Assembly (NCBI GenBank): GCA_964612545.1
Contig: CAZTBU010000007.1
Location: 248-64,247, forward strand
Length of the DNA: 64,000 nucleotides
Reading direction: 5' to 3'
Origin: an uncultured Clostridia bacterium
GTDB lineage: Bacteria; Bacillota; Clostridia; Christensenellales; Borkfalkiaceae
A model generated the notes under the pieces. The model made no database searches, was not told the DNA's origin, and was given only the letters and a program-made list of their open reading frames with translations. Both the position numbers and the translations under genes were made by a program. Position 1 is the stretch's first letter. Every line of letters starts with the position of its first letter. This document shows positions 63,742-64,000 of this stretch, one piece after another.

Positions 63742-64000
63742 ATGTATATTTACAGACGTTGCCAAACTTGCGGGAATTGTCCCTGCACCTGCGGCTGCAA
63801 CCAAACGACGGGTTATCCGCCTGTGACTATCCGCGGCGCAACGGGCCCCACGGGTCCCACGGGCCCGCAGGGCCCTGCCACGATTACGGTGGGGCAGACC
63901 GTTACGGGCGAGCCCGGGACGGCGGCTTCCGTCACTTCGTCGGGAGGCGTAAATGCCGTTCTTACCTTTACCATACCCCGCGGTGCGACGGGCGCAACGG
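63742..64000 (+). CDS. Collagen-like (G-X-Y) repeat protein with a Cys-rich N-terminus; 5' part only, continues past the window end
   Basis: Not in the ORF track because there is no stop within the window. GGAGGA RBS 6 nt before the ATG at 63742. My translation: MYIYRRCQTCGNCPCTCGCNQTTGYPPVTIRGATGPTGPTGPQGPATITVGQTVTGEPGTAASVTSSGGVNAVLTFTIPRGATGAT... Confidence 0.6.
   Translation, partial: MYIYRRCQTCGNCPCTCGCNQTTGYPPVTIRGATGPTGPTGPQGPATITVGQTVTGEPGTAASVTSSGGVNAVLTFTIPRGATGAT

Noticed and set aside
63553-63804. Minus-strand 83-aa ORF spanning the terminator and the start of the collagen-like gene
   Set aside because: It overlaps a clear + strand terminator and the RBS/start of the collagen-like CDS. 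There is no RBS and its composition is low-complexity.

Overview
64-kb window from a moderately GC-rich, Firmicutes/Clostridia-like genome. The signs are GGAGG-type ribosome-binding sites, TTGACA/TATAAT promoters, many lipobox signal peptides, BspA-type LRR proteins and Listeria-Bacteroides repeats. The taxon cannot be fixed from sequence alone. No rRNA, tRNA, CRISPR array, transposase or integrase was seen. (1) 1-5.8 kb: dense mosaic arrays of short hairpin repeats (REP/BIME-like) built on one scaffold, GTCA-NNN-TGAGC-loop-CGAA-N'N'N'-TCACC, with compensatory stem changes. The arrays lie in opposite orientation on either side of a 1126-aa lipoprotein gene that carries two G9 tracts. They also surround a small, visibly AT-rich GIY-YIG (UPF0213/COG2827-type) nuclease gene. 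(2) 5.8-8.2 kb: two small envelope proteins and a GT2+TPR glycosyltransferase. (3) 8.5-37.3 kb: a rhamnose/rhamno-glycan utilisation locus. It holds a CUT1-type ABC transporter (one permease fused to a large extracytoplasmic domain, plus a 608-aa binding lipoprotein), two paralogous lipoprotein glycosidase-like enzymes, and three large secreted proteins sharing an unusual C-terminal Cys-Gly/TM/poly-Lys tail. It also holds a divergent DeoR regulator with rhaB-rhaA-rhaD, a GH106-like and a GH78-like enzyme, and an SGNH esterase. (4) 37.9-63.5 kb: a co-directional block driven by a near-consensus promoter in an AT-rich island. It encodes a 3160-aa LRR lipoprotein, a membrane protein, MoxR ATPase, DUF58, two BatA-like VWA membrane proteins, a 951-aa LRR lipoprotein translationally coupled to the second VWA gene, and a 1704-aa lipoprotein. 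(5) A 5'-partial gene for a Cys-rich collagen-like protein runs off the 3' edge. The most unusual feature is the covarying hairpin-repeat family associated with the GIY-YIG gene. The C-terminal sorting-signal candidate and the MoxR/VWA module embedded among LRR adhesin-like genes are the next most interesting. All functional calls come from motif recognition by eye, and no database search was possible.
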